DNA of 64,000 nucleotides from an uncultured Chloroflexia bacterium (GTDB lineage: Bacteria > Chloroflexota > Dehalococcoidia > SM23-28-2 > RBG-16-64-32), in NCBI GenBank assembly GCA_963717065.1, contig CAVQVC010000001.1, forward strand, positions 1,681,001 to 1,745,000, in the 5' to 3' direction. Position numbers and translations under genes: made by a program. Numbering within the stretch: the stretch's first letter is position 1; every line of letters begins with the position of its first letter. This document shows positions 6,636-16,831 of this stretch, piece after piece. Under the pieces are notes generated by a model. It had not been told where the DNA came from. It did not search any database and was given only the letters and a program-made list of their open reading frames with translations.

Positions 6636-8771
6636 TTAAGCGGCGCGTTCGCCGAAACGCTTGCGCTTCTGGGCCACGTAGTCGACGAGGATGTACTGAC
6701 CGAGCCGCTCCGGGGTCGTGTAGAAGACGCGCCCCTTGTTCATCTTCGCGATCTGGTTCACGAACTCTTTCAGGTAGTAGTTGCGGTCCAGCATGAAGGT
6801 GTTGATGACGATGTCCTTCTGCGTGCAGCGCTTCACTTGCTTGAGCGTCTCGCGGATCGTGATCGGGCTCGGCGGGTAGGCGAAGTATGAGCGCCCGTGC
6901 TCCAGGTGCGCCGTCGGCTCGCCGTCCGAGATCATGATGATCTGCTTGGTGCCGGCCGAGTGCCGCGCCAGCATCCTCTGCGCCATCATCAAGGCGTGGT
7001 GCATGTTCGTGCCCAGGACGGACTCGTCCCAGCGCACGTACGGAAGCTCGTCCGCCTTCAGCTCGCGGGCGTAGGCGGAGAAGCCGACGACGTAGAGCAC
7101 GTCCTTGGGGAACTGTGTCTTGATCAGGTTGTTGAGCGCCAGCGCCACCTTCTTCGCGGCCTGGAAGCTGCCCCGCAGGGCCATCGACCACGACAGGTCG
7201 AGCATCAGCACGGTAGCCGTCGTTGTGAGCGTCTCTGAGCGGTAGACTGCGAAGTCGTCTTGCTGCAGGCGCACCGGCACGTCCGGGCCTTCGCGGAAGA
7301 TGCCGTTCATGATCGTCTCGCCGAGGTGCAGGTGGAACGGGTCGCCGAACTCGTAGGCCTTGGTGTCGTCGGCGCGCTCGCCGCCCTGCCCCTTGTCCTT
7401 CTGCGGGTGCTTGCCGTAGTAGATTTCTTCAGCTGCTGGTAGATCTCGCCGAGGGCCTTCTCGCCCAGCTTGCTTGACGCCGCGTGGCGTCAGCTCCCAG
7501 TTGTTGCCCTTGCGGCGGATGTAGCCGGCCTCTTCCAGGACTTCGAGGAACTGCCTTCAGCTGGTCCAGCTGTCTCGGCCGCTTCGTCGCCGAGGATCTG
7601 GTCCGGAGCTTGTCGACGTCGATGTCTTCGAGGCTCGCCGCCGTACTGCGTGCTCTCGAGCTGGCTTCTCCAGCTCGTCCATGTCCTGCAGGTCGCCGCA
7701 TCAAGCTCATCGCCTGCAGCAGGTCGAGCTCTTCGTCGCCGCGGAAGGGGTACTGGTTCTGCATAGTCGCTGCGACGGCGCCAGGATGTCGAGGTTGATC
7801 TGCAGCTCCTTCAGCTCGCGCTGCAGCTCCGGGTCGCCGACCTTGTCCATCAGCAGGTCCTGCAGCTGGCGCCGCGCTTCCGGCGGCAGGCTGTCGAGCA
7901 GGCGACTGCATCGCGGCGATGCCCTGCTGTCATCTGCTCGATCAGCTCGTCGAGCGATCTGCGGCGGGTTGTCGCCGAAGAGGTCGCCGTACTTCTGCAT
8001 GAAGCCGTCGAAGTCGGGCTCGCCGCCGGCCATCTTCTCGGACAGCATCTTGTTGAGGTCGCGCATCATCTGCTTTCATGCGCGCCATGTCTTCGGGCGA
8101 TATGTTGGCGATCTGCTGAGTAGAGGTCCTTGAAGAAGGTGTCCATCAGGGTCTTCTTCAGCATCTCCATCAGCTCCTGGAACTTGGCCGCGGCCTCCGG
8201 GTCCATGAACTCGTACTCCTGTAGCTCCTTGACGCGGCCACCGACGTCGTCCGGCAGGTTCTCGAGGAAGTTCTGCTTCTTCTCGACGACGTTCTTCAGC
8301 ATCTCGGCGAGGCGCTTCTGCTCCTCGTCGCTGGTCTCGCCTCTGACTGTTGTCCGCCCTTGGACCGGCCTTTTGTTGAGCGTCCTCGAACGCCTGCTCG
8401 AACTGGCGAGCGGCGACTCGCCGCCTTCCAGCTGCTGCTTCGCCTCGTTGAGGCGCCGGCCGAGCGTGTCCTTCTCCAGGTCGAGCGATCTCGTCGAGGC
8501 GCTTCTGGATGTCCTCGAAGACGGAGCCGAGGTCGTACTTGTCGAGCTTCTGGCGGCGCTGCTGGCGCAGCTGCTGGAGGAGGTCGCGCAGGCCCTGCAT
8601 GCGCTGGCCCATCGGGTTGCGCATGCCGCGCTGCATCAGGTTGCGGAGCGCGTGCTGCAGGTCGCCGAAGTTCATCAGGTCGTCGGTCAGGCCGGCGAGG
8701 ATGTCATCGGGGTCGAGCGGGGGTATGTCCTGGGAGCCGTCCCACTCGGAGTACTGGTATCGGAAGACCAT
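6636..8771 (-). pseudogene. von Willebrand factor A (VWA) domain protein gene with multiple frame disruptions
   Basis: The N-terminus is intact (MVFRYQYSEWDGSQDIPPLDPDDILAGLTDDLMNFGDLQHALRNLMQRGM...). The C-terminal VWA domain is intact (ATVLMLDLSWSMA...IIMISDGEPTA..). The conserved-looking peptide between ~7430 and ~8490 can only be followed by switching frame about 17 times. Confidence 0.75.
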
Positions 8772-8890
8772 AGCACGCTCCTTGTGCGCCCATTATACGC
8801 GACGCAAAACGCCGCGATGGAGGCGGCACACGATCTTGCCTCCGACGATGAGTGGACTTAGAGTAGTGGCGCGATGACAGGACGCACACC

Positions 8891-9754
8891 GTGATCCCTC
8901 TCCACGACTTCGGCCAGACCGGCCATCGGAGCAGCCGGATCATCTTCGGCGCCGCTGCATTCTGGAAGGCCAACCCGAGGGTGGAGGAGCGCACGCTCTC
9001 GCTCCTCCTCGAACACGGGATCAACCACATCGACGTCGCTGCCAGCTACGGTGACGCCGAAGTGCACGTCGGCCACTGGATGCCGGAGCACCGCGACCGC
9101 TTCTTCCTGGCCACCAAGACCGGCGAGCGGGGCTACGAAGGAGCAAAGGTCGAGATCCACCGCTCGCTGGAACGCCTCCAGGTCGATTCCGTTGACCTCC
9201 TGCAGTTGCACAACCTGGTTGACCCGGACGAGTGGGAGCAGGCCATGGGCCCGGCTGGCGCGCTCGAAGCCGCCGTCGAGGCGAGGGACCAGGGCCTGGT
9301 GCGCTTCATCGGCGTCACGGGCCACGGCGTTACCGTCGCCGGTATGCACCTGCGCAGTTTGAAGCGCTTCCCGTTCGACTCCGTCCTCCTCCCCCTCAAC
9401 TACACGATGCTTCAGAACCGCGACTACGCGAGGGACTTCGCCGCACTTACCGAGACCTGCCGTCAGCGCGGCGTCGCCATGCAGACGATCAAGAGCCTGA
9501 CCGTCGGCCCCTGGGGCGACGGCGCCGAGCGCGCCACCCGGACATGGTACGAAGCGCTCACCGAGCAGGCGGACATCGACATGGCGGTTCACTGGGTCCT
9601 CGGCCACGATGGCATGTTCCTCAACAGCTCCTCCGATCTCGGCCTCCTGGAAAAAATACTGAACGCGGCGGAGAACTACGTCTCACTTCCGAGCGACTCG
9701 GAGATGGAAGCGTTGGCCTCCCGGCCGCGATGTCTCCGCTCTTTGCGTAGCTGA
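8891..9754 (+). CDS. aldo/keto reductase
   Basis: [37 protein letters not shown] and VDLLQLHNL are AKR hallmarks. The last ~10 codons may be out of frame, since the alternative frame ends ...AAMSPLFA at 9750. Confidence 0.85.
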   Translation: MIPLHDFGQTGHRSSRIIFGAAAFWKANPRVEERTLSLLLEHGINHIDVAASYGDAEVHVGHWMPEHRDRFFLATKTGERGYEGAKVEIHRSLERLQVDSVDLLQLHNLVDPDEWEQAMGPAGALEAAVEARDQGLVRFIGVTGHGVTVAGMHLRSLKRFPFDSVLLPLNYTMLQNRDYARDFAALTETCRQRGVAMQTIKSLTVGPWGDGAERATRTWYEALTEQADIDMAVHWVLGHDGMFLNSSSDLGLLEKILNAAENYVSLPSDSEMEALASRPRCLRSLRS

Positions 9755-9894
9755 CATAGCACCGCTAGCCGCGCGTAGACCGTCTCTGCTTCCTTGATCG
9801 TCCGCCCACACGCCAACCCGAACGTGGCAGTGTTGTAGCCGTCACCGCAGCCCCGTCGCGCGCGCTATACTCAGCACACGACTGGGGGAATCTC

Positions 9895-11247
9895 ATGGAG
9901 CCACGGATCCAATACACGACCGCCGATGACGGTGTCCACCTCGCCTACTTCACGTTGGGCGAGGGCGCGCCGCTCATCCTTATGCCGACGCCGCCGATCA
10001 GCCACATCGGCAAAGCGGTGACCGTTCCCTCGCTCTGGAATTTCCTCGAAGGCCTGGGTGGCATTCGCCAGCTCGTGGCATACGACGGAAGAGGGTTCGG
10101 ATTATCCGACCGGAATGATCCCGAATTTTCGATCGACACCCAGATCCTCGACCTCGAATCGATTGTCGATCACATCGCCGCTGATCGCTTCGCCATCCTG
10201 GCCCACTTCGATTCGGTGCCAGCGGCCATTGCCTATGCCAGCCGCCGGCCCGAGCGTTTGACCCACCTCGTCCTCTGGCCCGGCTACGCCAGCGGGGCTG
10301 AGCAGACCAGCACCGCCGAATTCGAGGCGATGATTGCCCTCATGAACACGGACTGGGAGGTGTTCACACAGCTGATCGCGAACATGGTGATGGCCTCATC
10401 GCCAACCGATGACGTCGTGCGGTTCACCGAGTTCATCCGCGCCAGCGGTACCGCGGCCATCTTTCAGAGCGCCTGGCACGCGTCAGCGGATTTCGATGTG
10501 CAGGATCTCCTCCCGCTCATCAAGGTCCCAACTCTAGTGATGGACCGCCAGGGCAGCCGTGGCGTCGAGCTCTCGCGAAAACTGGCATCCGCCATTCCCG
10601 GCGCGGAGCTGTCCCTGATGGACAGCGGCGGAATGGCGGAGTGGGCGGGGGACATTCCAGCCGTTGTCCAGGCAATCGAACGCTTCCTCGGCCCCAACAC
10701 TCCCTCAGTTCAATCCGACTCCAGTCAGGCCGCTGTGCTCACCGTCCTCTTCACGGACCTCGTAGGCCATACCGCCATGATGTCCCGCCTTGGCGACCAG
10801 CGCGGCCGAGAAGTCCTCCGCGAGCACGAGCACATCAGCCGCCAGGTATTGAAGGCGCACGGTGGCACCGAGGTGAAGACGATGGGCGACGGCTTCATGG
10901 CCTCGTTCGCGTCGGTGTCCCGGGGCGTCGAATGTGCGATCGCCGTCCAGCGTGCCTTCGACCAGCGAAACCAATCAGCGACGGAGCCCCTTCACGTTCG
11001 GGTCGGCCTCAACGTCGGCGAACCGATCGAAGACGAGGGCACCGACGGACGAAGCGATCTCTTCGGAGCCAGCGTGATTCTCGCCGCCCGGATCGCCGCC
11101 AGGGCGGAGGGATGCGAGATACTCGTCGCCAACGCCGTGCGGGAGTTATGCGCTGGCAAGGGCATACTTTTCGCCGACCGCGGCGATTTCGTTGCCAGGG
11201 GGTTCGAGGAGCCCGTCCGCCTCTTCGAGGTGAGCTGGCGGGAGTAG
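9895..11247 (+). CDS. alpha/beta-hydrolase-fold / class III adenylate-guanylate cyclase fusion (LipJ/Rv1900c-like architecture)
   Basis: N-terminal hydrolase fold. C-terminal cyclase motifs LFTDLVGHT, KTMGDGFMASF, VRVGLNVGEP, FGASVILAARI. The nucleophile position reads AHFDS (no Ser). Confidence 0.85.
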   Translation: MEPRIQYTTADDGVHLAYFTLGEGAPLILMPTPPISHIGKAVTVPSLWNFLEGLGGIRQLVAYDGRGFGLSDRNDPEFSIDTQILDLESIVDHIAADRFAILAHFDSVPAAIAYASRRPERLTHLVLWPGYASGAEQTSTAEFEAMIALMNTDWEVFTQLIANMVMASSPTDDVVRFTEFIRASGTAAIFQSAWHASADFDVQDLLPLIKVPTLVMDRQGSRGVELSRKLASAIPGAELSLMDSGGMAEWAGDIPAVVQAIERFLGPNTPSVQSDSSQAAVLTVLFTDLVGHTAMMSRLGDQRGREVLREHEHISRQVLKAHGGTEVKTMGDGFMASFASVSRGVECAIAVQRAFDQRNQSATEPLHVRVGLNVGEPIEDEGTDGRSDLFGASVILAARIAARAEGCEILVANAVRELCAGKGILFADRGDFVARGFEEPVRLFEVSWRE

Positions 11248-11260
11248 GCAAACGACAGGT

Positions 11261-12925
11261 TCAGGTCGATCGGGAGTAGACGGTCCCCCCTTCCTTGATC
11301 GCCTCTTCGACGTTGATGTCCCTGATCGCCATCCGATGGATGCCGAGGGGGTTCGCCGATAGCACCACGAGGTCGGCGAGCTTGCCGGTTTCAAGTGAGC
11401 CCTTCCTCTCCTCCTCGAAAAGCTGCCGCGCGGCGTCGATGGTGACGGCGCGCAGCGCCTCCCTGGGCGTCAGCCGCTGATCTGGCCCGAGCTCGTGTCC
11501 GGCGGACGTTACGCGGTTCACCGCCGCCCACACCAGGGTGAGGATGTCCGGTGGCGTGACCGGGGAGTCGTGGTGGAGCGTCATCGGGATGCCGCGGTCG
11601 AGCGCCGAGCGCATCGGGTTTATACGCGCCGCCCGCTCCGGCCCCAGGAAGATGTCTCGGTGACGGTCGCCCCAGTAGTAGACGTGACCGGGAAAGAATG
11701 ACAGCGACAGTCCGAGTCGTGCAACCTCGTCGAGCTGGTCTTCCCGAATCGTCTGCGCGTGGATGATCGTGCTCCGGCGGTCGCGCCCTGGAAAGCGCCC
11801 CTCAGCGGCCGCCACGGCTTCGATAACCATCTGAATGGCCGCGTCTCCGTTCGCATGGGCCATTACCTGCCATCCGTTCTCGTAACCGTCCGCCACCAGC
11901 GCGTTGAGTCTCTCCTGCCTCTCGAAGACGGGAAAACCCGCATACGCGGGATCTTTCCCGAGAGCCGGGACGTGATACGGGCGGCTGAGGTAGGCCGTAT
12001 ATCCCTGTATCGAGCCGTCGGTCTGCAGCTTCATCCCGCCGAACCGAAGCCGGCCCGTTGGTTCGCCCGCGGACACGAGCATGGCACGCGCGTGGATCAA
12101 GAGAGGATACGCGACGACGTCGAGGGGTAGCCGGCCGGCGGCATCAAGCACCAGGCAGGCATGGACGAATGATGGCTGGTACAGCGCCGCTTCCTGCGCA
12201 GTCGTCGCTCCGAACTCAGCATACGTCGCGCAGGCAGCCAGCACCCTTTCCATCGCCTCCTCTGGCGCCGGTTGCGGCACCCGGGCGTAGATCATGGACA
12301 TCGCCGTCTCATCCAGCACGCCATCCGGCTCGCCGTCTTCGCGGCGACGGATGTGACCGCCTTCCGGATCGCCGGTGTCGCGTGTGATCCCGGCCAATTC
12401 CAGCGCCAGTCTGTTCACACCGATCAGGTGACCGGACACGTGGACCGCCAGGACCGGATGCTCGCTGCTCACAGCATCCAGGTCGTCTCGGTCCGGGTGC
12501 CGCCGTTCCTCGATCGCGGTGTCGTCGTACCCGATACCGACGACCCAATCGCCCGGCTTCAGGTCATTCCGTTCGATGTGCTCTCGCATCTCCCTCTGGA
12601 GGTCCGGCATGCAAGTGACCCTCCCGATGGGAGGAGGGCTGAGGTTCGCCGAAGCCAGCTTTTCTCCGGTTCCGGCCAGGTGACCATGGGCGTCGATGAA
12701 GCCCGGAAGCAGAGCGCGGCCCGCCAGGTCAGTGAGGATGGTATCCGGGCCGGCCAGCGCCATCACGTCGTCCCGCCTGCCAACAGCGACGATGCGGCCA
12801 TCCCGCACCGCGAGCGCATCCGCGATGCTGTCCTGATTGTCGACCGTGACAACGTCACCGCCGAAGAAGATGCGCGAGGCCGCCTTCGATGTCATGCCGC
12901 GATTATGGCACGCGAGGGCCAGCAT
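11261..12925 (-). CDS. amidohydrolase-family metal-dependent hydrolase (amidohydrolase 3 type)
   Basis: 554-aa ORF with GFIDAHGHLAGTG, HANGDAAI and a C-terminal GSLETGKLADLVVL. ATG at 12895 (MTSKAAS...) is an alternative start. Confidence 0.85.
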   Translation of the reverse strand: MLALACHNRGMTSKAASRIFFGGDVVTVDNQDSIADALAVRDGRIVAVGRRDDVMALAGPDTILTDLAGRALLPGFIDAHGHLAGTGEKLASANLSPPPIGRVTCMPDLQREMREHIERNDLKPGDWVVGIGYDDTAIEERRHPDRDDLDAVSSEHPVLAVHVSGHLIGVNRLALELAGITRDTGDPEGGHIRRREDGEPDGVLDETAMSMIYARVPQPAPEEAMERVLAACATYAEFGATTAQEAALYQPSFVHACLVLDAAGRLPLDVVAYPLLIHARAMLVSAGEPTGRLRFGGMKLQTDGSIQGYTAYLSRPYHVPALGKDPAYAGFPVFERQERLNALVADGYENGWQVMAHANGDAAIQMVIEAVAAAEGRFPGRDRRSTIIHAQTIREDQLDEVARLGLSLSFFPGHVYYWGDRHRDIFLGPERAARINPMRSALDRGIPMTLHHDSPVTPPDILTLVWAAVNRVTSAGHELGPDQRLTPREALRAVTIDAARQLFEEERKGSLETGKLADLVVLSANPLGIHRMAIRDINVEEAIKEGGTVYSRST

Positions 12926-13007
12926 GGCGGACGCGCGAATACAGGGAGTTTTCAGAAAGTGACTGTTGAGTCATAATGTGTGGACACCGCCAGGATTGGA
13001 GCAAACT

Positions 13008-14276
13008 ATGACATCGCAGCGAATGGACTTTGGAATCTTCATGGCCCCGTTTCACACCACGGGCCAAAACCCAACGCTGGCGCTGCAGCGCGACCTTGAG
13101 CTCATCCAGTGGCTGGACCAGCTCGGCTACGATGAGGCGTGGATCGGCGAGCACCACTCAGCCGGCTGGGAGACGATCGCCTCTCCAGAAGTGTTCATCG
13201 CTGCCGCCGGCGAACGGACTCAGCGAATCCGCCTCGGGACCGGCGTCGTCAGTGTCCCCTACCACCACCCGTTTCACGTCGCCGATCGTATCGTGCTAGT
13301 GGACCACCTCACGCGCGGCCGCGCGATGCTGGGCGTCGGCCCCGGCGCCCTTCCGAGCGACGCCCATATGCTGATGCTGGAACCCACCCGCCAGCGCGAG
13401 ATGATGGACGAGGGTCTCGGCATCATCATCCGGCTGATGACCGAAGACGAGCCGATCACATACGAGACCGACTGGTTCCGAATGCGCGAGGCGTCGCTCC
13501 AGCTGAAGCCGTATCAGCGGCCGACGATGCCGATGGCCGTCGCCTCCACGCTGAGCCCGGCCGGGATGACGTCTGCAGGAAAGCACGGCGTCGGCGTCCT
13601 ATCGGTGGCCTCCTACGCTCCCGAGGGGCTCGCCAGCCTCAAGACACAGTGGCAGTACTGCGAGGACGCGGCGGACAAGGCCGGGCGACAGGCCCCTGAC
13701 CGCAAGAACTGGCGTGTGGTCATGCCGTTTCACTTGGCCGACACGAAAGAGGAGGCGGAACAAGACGTCGCGGAAGGCGCCATGCGCTGGAACAACGACT
13801 ACTACGTCGGCACGCTGGGCGCGCCGATGCGACAGCCCGTCTCCAGCCGCGAGGAGATGATCAGGCAGCTTCACCTGTTCGGAGCGTTCGTCGGCACGCC
13901 CGACGACGCGATCGAGGGGATCCAGAAACTGCTGGACGTGTCCGGCGGGTTCGGGTGCTTCCTCGGTCTGGCGCATGACTGGACGACCAGGGAGAAGACG
14001 CTGCACAGCTTCGAGTTGATGGCGCGGTATGTCATGCCGCATTTCCAGGACACGCTGACCTGGATCGACCGCTCCAATCAGTGGACCCGGGACAACAACC
14101 AGACGCTGATGGAAAGCGCGAGGGCGGGAGTGTTCAAGGCAGTCGTTGATGCCGGCGCCACCGGCGAGCTGGCCAAGACCCTGCAACAGGCGGCGGCGCT
14201 GATCGCACCGCAGACCGAGGGCGTGGCGGAGTTTGCGGAGCAGCAGGCGGAGAAGGCAGAGTCGGCGGGGTCGTAG
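13008..14276 (+). CDS. LLM-class (luciferase-like) flavin-dependent oxidoreductase
   Basis: MDFGIFMAPFH...LGYDEAWIGEHHS...RIRLGTGVVSVPYHHP is a typical LLM N-terminus. ATG 13008 has GGAG upstream; the ORF track starts at TTG 12966. Confidence 0.85.
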   Translation: MTSQRMDFGIFMAPFHTTGQNPTLALQRDLELIQWLDQLGYDEAWIGEHHSAGWETIASPEVFIAAAGERTQRIRLGTGVVSVPYHHPFHVADRIVLVDHLTRGRAMLGVGPGALPSDAHMLMLEPTRQREMMDEGLGIIIRLMTEDEPITYETDWFRMREASLQLKPYQRPTMPMAVASTLSPAGMTSAGKHGVGVLSVASYAPEGLASLKTQWQYCEDAADKAGRQAPDRKNWRVVMPFHLADTKEEAEQDVAEGAMRWNNDYYVGTLGAPMRQPVSSREEMIRQLHLFGAFVGTPDDAIEGIQKLLDVSGGFGCFLGLAHDWTTREKTLHSFELMARYVMPHFQDTLTWIDRSNQWTRDNNQTLMESARAGVFKAVVDAGATGELAKTLQQAAALIAPQTEGVAEFAEQQAEKAESAGS

Positions 14277-14479
14277 CTGTCAGTTAGAGCTTCCTGCGGC
14301 AGCTTCAAAGGTGTGTGCCAGGCCACGCTGAAAGAACGTCATACCACGCAACGTTCACCACACGTAACTTCCACACCCTCCGTACGTTACCTATATTAGT
14401 GTTGAGCAGACACTGATCTTGCTTTGACCTGTAACGCCGGCAGGCCACATCCGGTTTGCCTTCGGGGAGTGGGGGTTTG

Positions 14480-16291
14480 GTGTACAAACCGATAAGTGAT
14501 TACGGCGTGATCGGCGACATGCGGTCAGCCGCACTAGTAGCCCGCGACGGATCGATCGATTGGCTGTGTCTGCCCCGGTTCGATTCCCCAAGCGTCTTCG
14601 CCTCCATCCTCGACCATGAGAAGGGCGGACACTTCCGGCTGAACCCCGCCGGGCAATACACGTCGAGCCAGCGGTACGTGACCGACACGAACGTGCTCGT
14701 GACCGATTTCAAGAACGGCGGCGGCTCTCTCAGCCTGGCGGACTTCATGCCAATGACCGCCGACGATGGAGCATCACCCAGGAGCCTCGTACGGCTGCTG
14801 CGCTGCGAGAGCGGCTCGATGGAAGTCGATCTGGACTTCAGCCCCAAGCTCGACTATGCTCGCGGCCCGACGCAGTTTATGCTGGACGGCGGTGCTCCTG
14901 TCGCACGCAACGGGGACCATGCCGTCTCACTCCAGACCGACGTTCCGCTCGAGCGGCGCAACGGCTCCCTCGTGAGCCGTTTCCGGCTCGTTGAGGGCCA
15001 GACAGCCGCACTCTCGCTGAACTGGCACAACGGACACGCGCCCACTGTTCGCGAGGCGTCCTTTGAATACGACCGGACCGTCGCCTTCTGGCGCGATGTT
15101 TCCAACGACTGGGACTACGACGGCGGATGGAGCGACATGGTCAAGCGCTCGATGCTCGCGCTGCACCTCTTGATCTACGCGCCGACCGGCGCGGTATGCG
15201 CCGCCGCCACGACCTCCCTGCCCGAGCGCATCGGTGGCGAGCGCAACTGGGATTATCGCTTCTCGTGGCTTCGCGACGCCGCTTTCACGATGGACGCCTT
15301 CCACCGCCTGGGCCATACCTCCTACACGCGCCCTTTCCTCAACTGGATGAAAGGCTTCACCGCCTGCGAACACGGCCATGACGTCCACTCTCTCTTCGAG
15401 ATCGGGAAGGAGACCGACCCGCATACGATGGCGGAGTACGAGCTCTCTCACTTCGAGGGCTATAGGGGCTCCGGGCCCGTCCGAGTCGGCAACGCCGCCT
15501 ATCAGCAGTTCCAGCTCGACGTCTACGGCGAAGTGCTTCTGGCGCTGGACTCCTACCAGCGTGCCGGCGGGCAGATTGACGACGAGCTTTGGGATCTGGC
15601 GCTCTGCCTGGTCGATGGCGCCATCACCAACTGGCAACGGCCGGACCACGGCATATGGGAGTTCCGGACAGAACCCAGGCACTTCACGTACTCGAAAGTG
15701 ATGGCCTGGGTCGCCGTTGACCGCGGTCTACGACTCGCTGCTGCCCTGCGCCGGCCGGTCGACTTCTCCCACTGGATGAGCGTGCGCGAAGAGATCCGGG
15801 CCAACATCGAAGAGAACGGCTGGAACGCCACGCGCGGCACGTTCGTGCAGTTCTACGGAGGGGCGAACGTCGACGCCAGCCTCCTCTTCCTGCCGATGGT
15901 GGGCTTCTTGCCCGCCAACGATCCACGAATCGTCGGCACAATCGAAACCATCCAGCGAGACCTCGGCGCCAACGGCATGCTCTGGCGCTATAACCCGGAC
16001 GATGCCGAAGACGGTCTAAGGGGGGACGAGGGGACGTTCACGATGTGCAGCCTCTGGCTCGCGGGGAGCCTGCTCGCCGGCGGACAGGTCGTTGAGGCGC
16101 GAGAGATATTCGAGAAGGTGCTGGGCTACAGCGGCACTCTCGGCCTCTACAGCGAGATGCTGGACCCGCTCACCGGCGAGTATCTGGGCAACTACCCGCA
16201 GGCCTTCACGCACATCGGACTCATTCACACCGCCCGCAACCTGAGCCGGGCAATCAGCGCCTCGGACCAGGGCAAGATCGTCGCCGCTTAG
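14480..16291 (+). CDS. glycoside hydrolase family 15 (glucoamylase/trehalase-like)
   Basis: YKPISDYGVIGDMRSAALVARDGSIDWLCLPRFDSPSVFASIL is the conserved GH15 N-terminus; also WDYRFSWLRDAAF. GTG 14480 is chosen over TTG 14456. Confidence 0.85.
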   Translation: MYKPISDYGVIGDMRSAALVARDGSIDWLCLPRFDSPSVFASILDHEKGGHFRLNPAGQYTSSQRYVTDTNVLVTDFKNGGGSLSLADFMPMTADDGASPRSLVRLLRCESGSMEVDLDFSPKLDYARGPTQFMLDGGAPVARNGDHAVSLQTDVPLERRNGSLVSRFRLVEGQTAALSLNWHNGHAPTVREASFEYDRTVAFWRDVSNDWDYDGGWSDMVKRSMLALHLLIYAPTGAVCAAATTSLPERIGGERNWDYRFSWLRDAAFTMDAFHRLGHTSYTRPFLNWMKGFTACEHGHDVHSLFEIGKETDPHTMAEYELSHFEGYRGSGPVRVGNAAYQQFQLDVYGEVLLALDSYQRAGGQIDDELWDLALCLVDGAITNWQRPDHGIWEFRTEPRHFTYSKVMAWVAVDRGLRLAAALRRPVDFSHWMSVREEIRANIEENGWNATRGTFVQFYGGANVDASLLFLPMVGFLPANDPRIVGTIETIQRDLGANGMLWRYNPDDAEDGLRGDEGTFTMCSLWLAGSLLAGGQVVEAREIFEKVLGYSGTLGLYSEMLDPLTGEYLGNYPQAFTHIGLIHTARNLSRAISASDQGKIVAA

Positions 16292-16782
16292 CTGACGGCG
16301 CGGGTCTTCCAGGCGTCCATCACGCTACCCACCTGCGCGATATGCTCCTCCACGTGCTCGCTGTAGATGCGCAGCCAGTCTTCTCCTGTGTATCGCCCCG
16401 ACTCCGTATGCGTCGCCGCCTTTTCCCAGGCTGAATCCGGCAGCCGCCTGAGTAGCGGCACCGTGTTCGCACGTACCGCTTCGACCGTCGCCAGCGCCAC
16501 CTCCAAGGGGTGAGCGTGATAGTCGGTCACCGCCGCCCACTCACCCGGGTCATATCCGACGATCGGCGCGTCCTCGCTGGCCACAACGTAGCGGATGCGT
16601 CCCGCTGCATTGGTCTCCGAGTCCGCGCAGTGGACAACGATCTCGTGGACGGAGAACTCGTCTTCGGCCGGGCGCCACTTGCGCGCCTCCTCGGGCACCG
16701 CTTCTACGGCAGCGCGCAGGCGCTTCGGTCCCGTCGCATACTGTTCAATCAGGCGGTCTCTTTCCTCTGGCGCAAGCGGCAT
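16288..16782 (-). CDS. DinB-family protein
   Basis: HEIVVHCADSETNAAGRIRY...EEHIAQV four-helix DinB pattern. ATG 16782 is preceded by AAAGGAG; the ORF track start is 16818. Confidence 0.75.
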   Translation of the reverse strand: MPLAPEERDRLIEQYATGPKRLRAAVEAVPEEARKWRPAEDEFSVHEIVVHCADSETNAAGRIRYVVASEDAPIVGYDPGEWAAVTDYHAHPLEVALATVEAVRANTVPLLRRLPDSAWEKAATHTESGRYTGEDWLRIYSEHVEEHIAQVGSVMDAWKTRAVS

Positions 16783-16831
16783 CGGTCGGCTCCTTTCGCG
16801 CGACGATATCAGCGTCACGCGGCCTCGTCAA

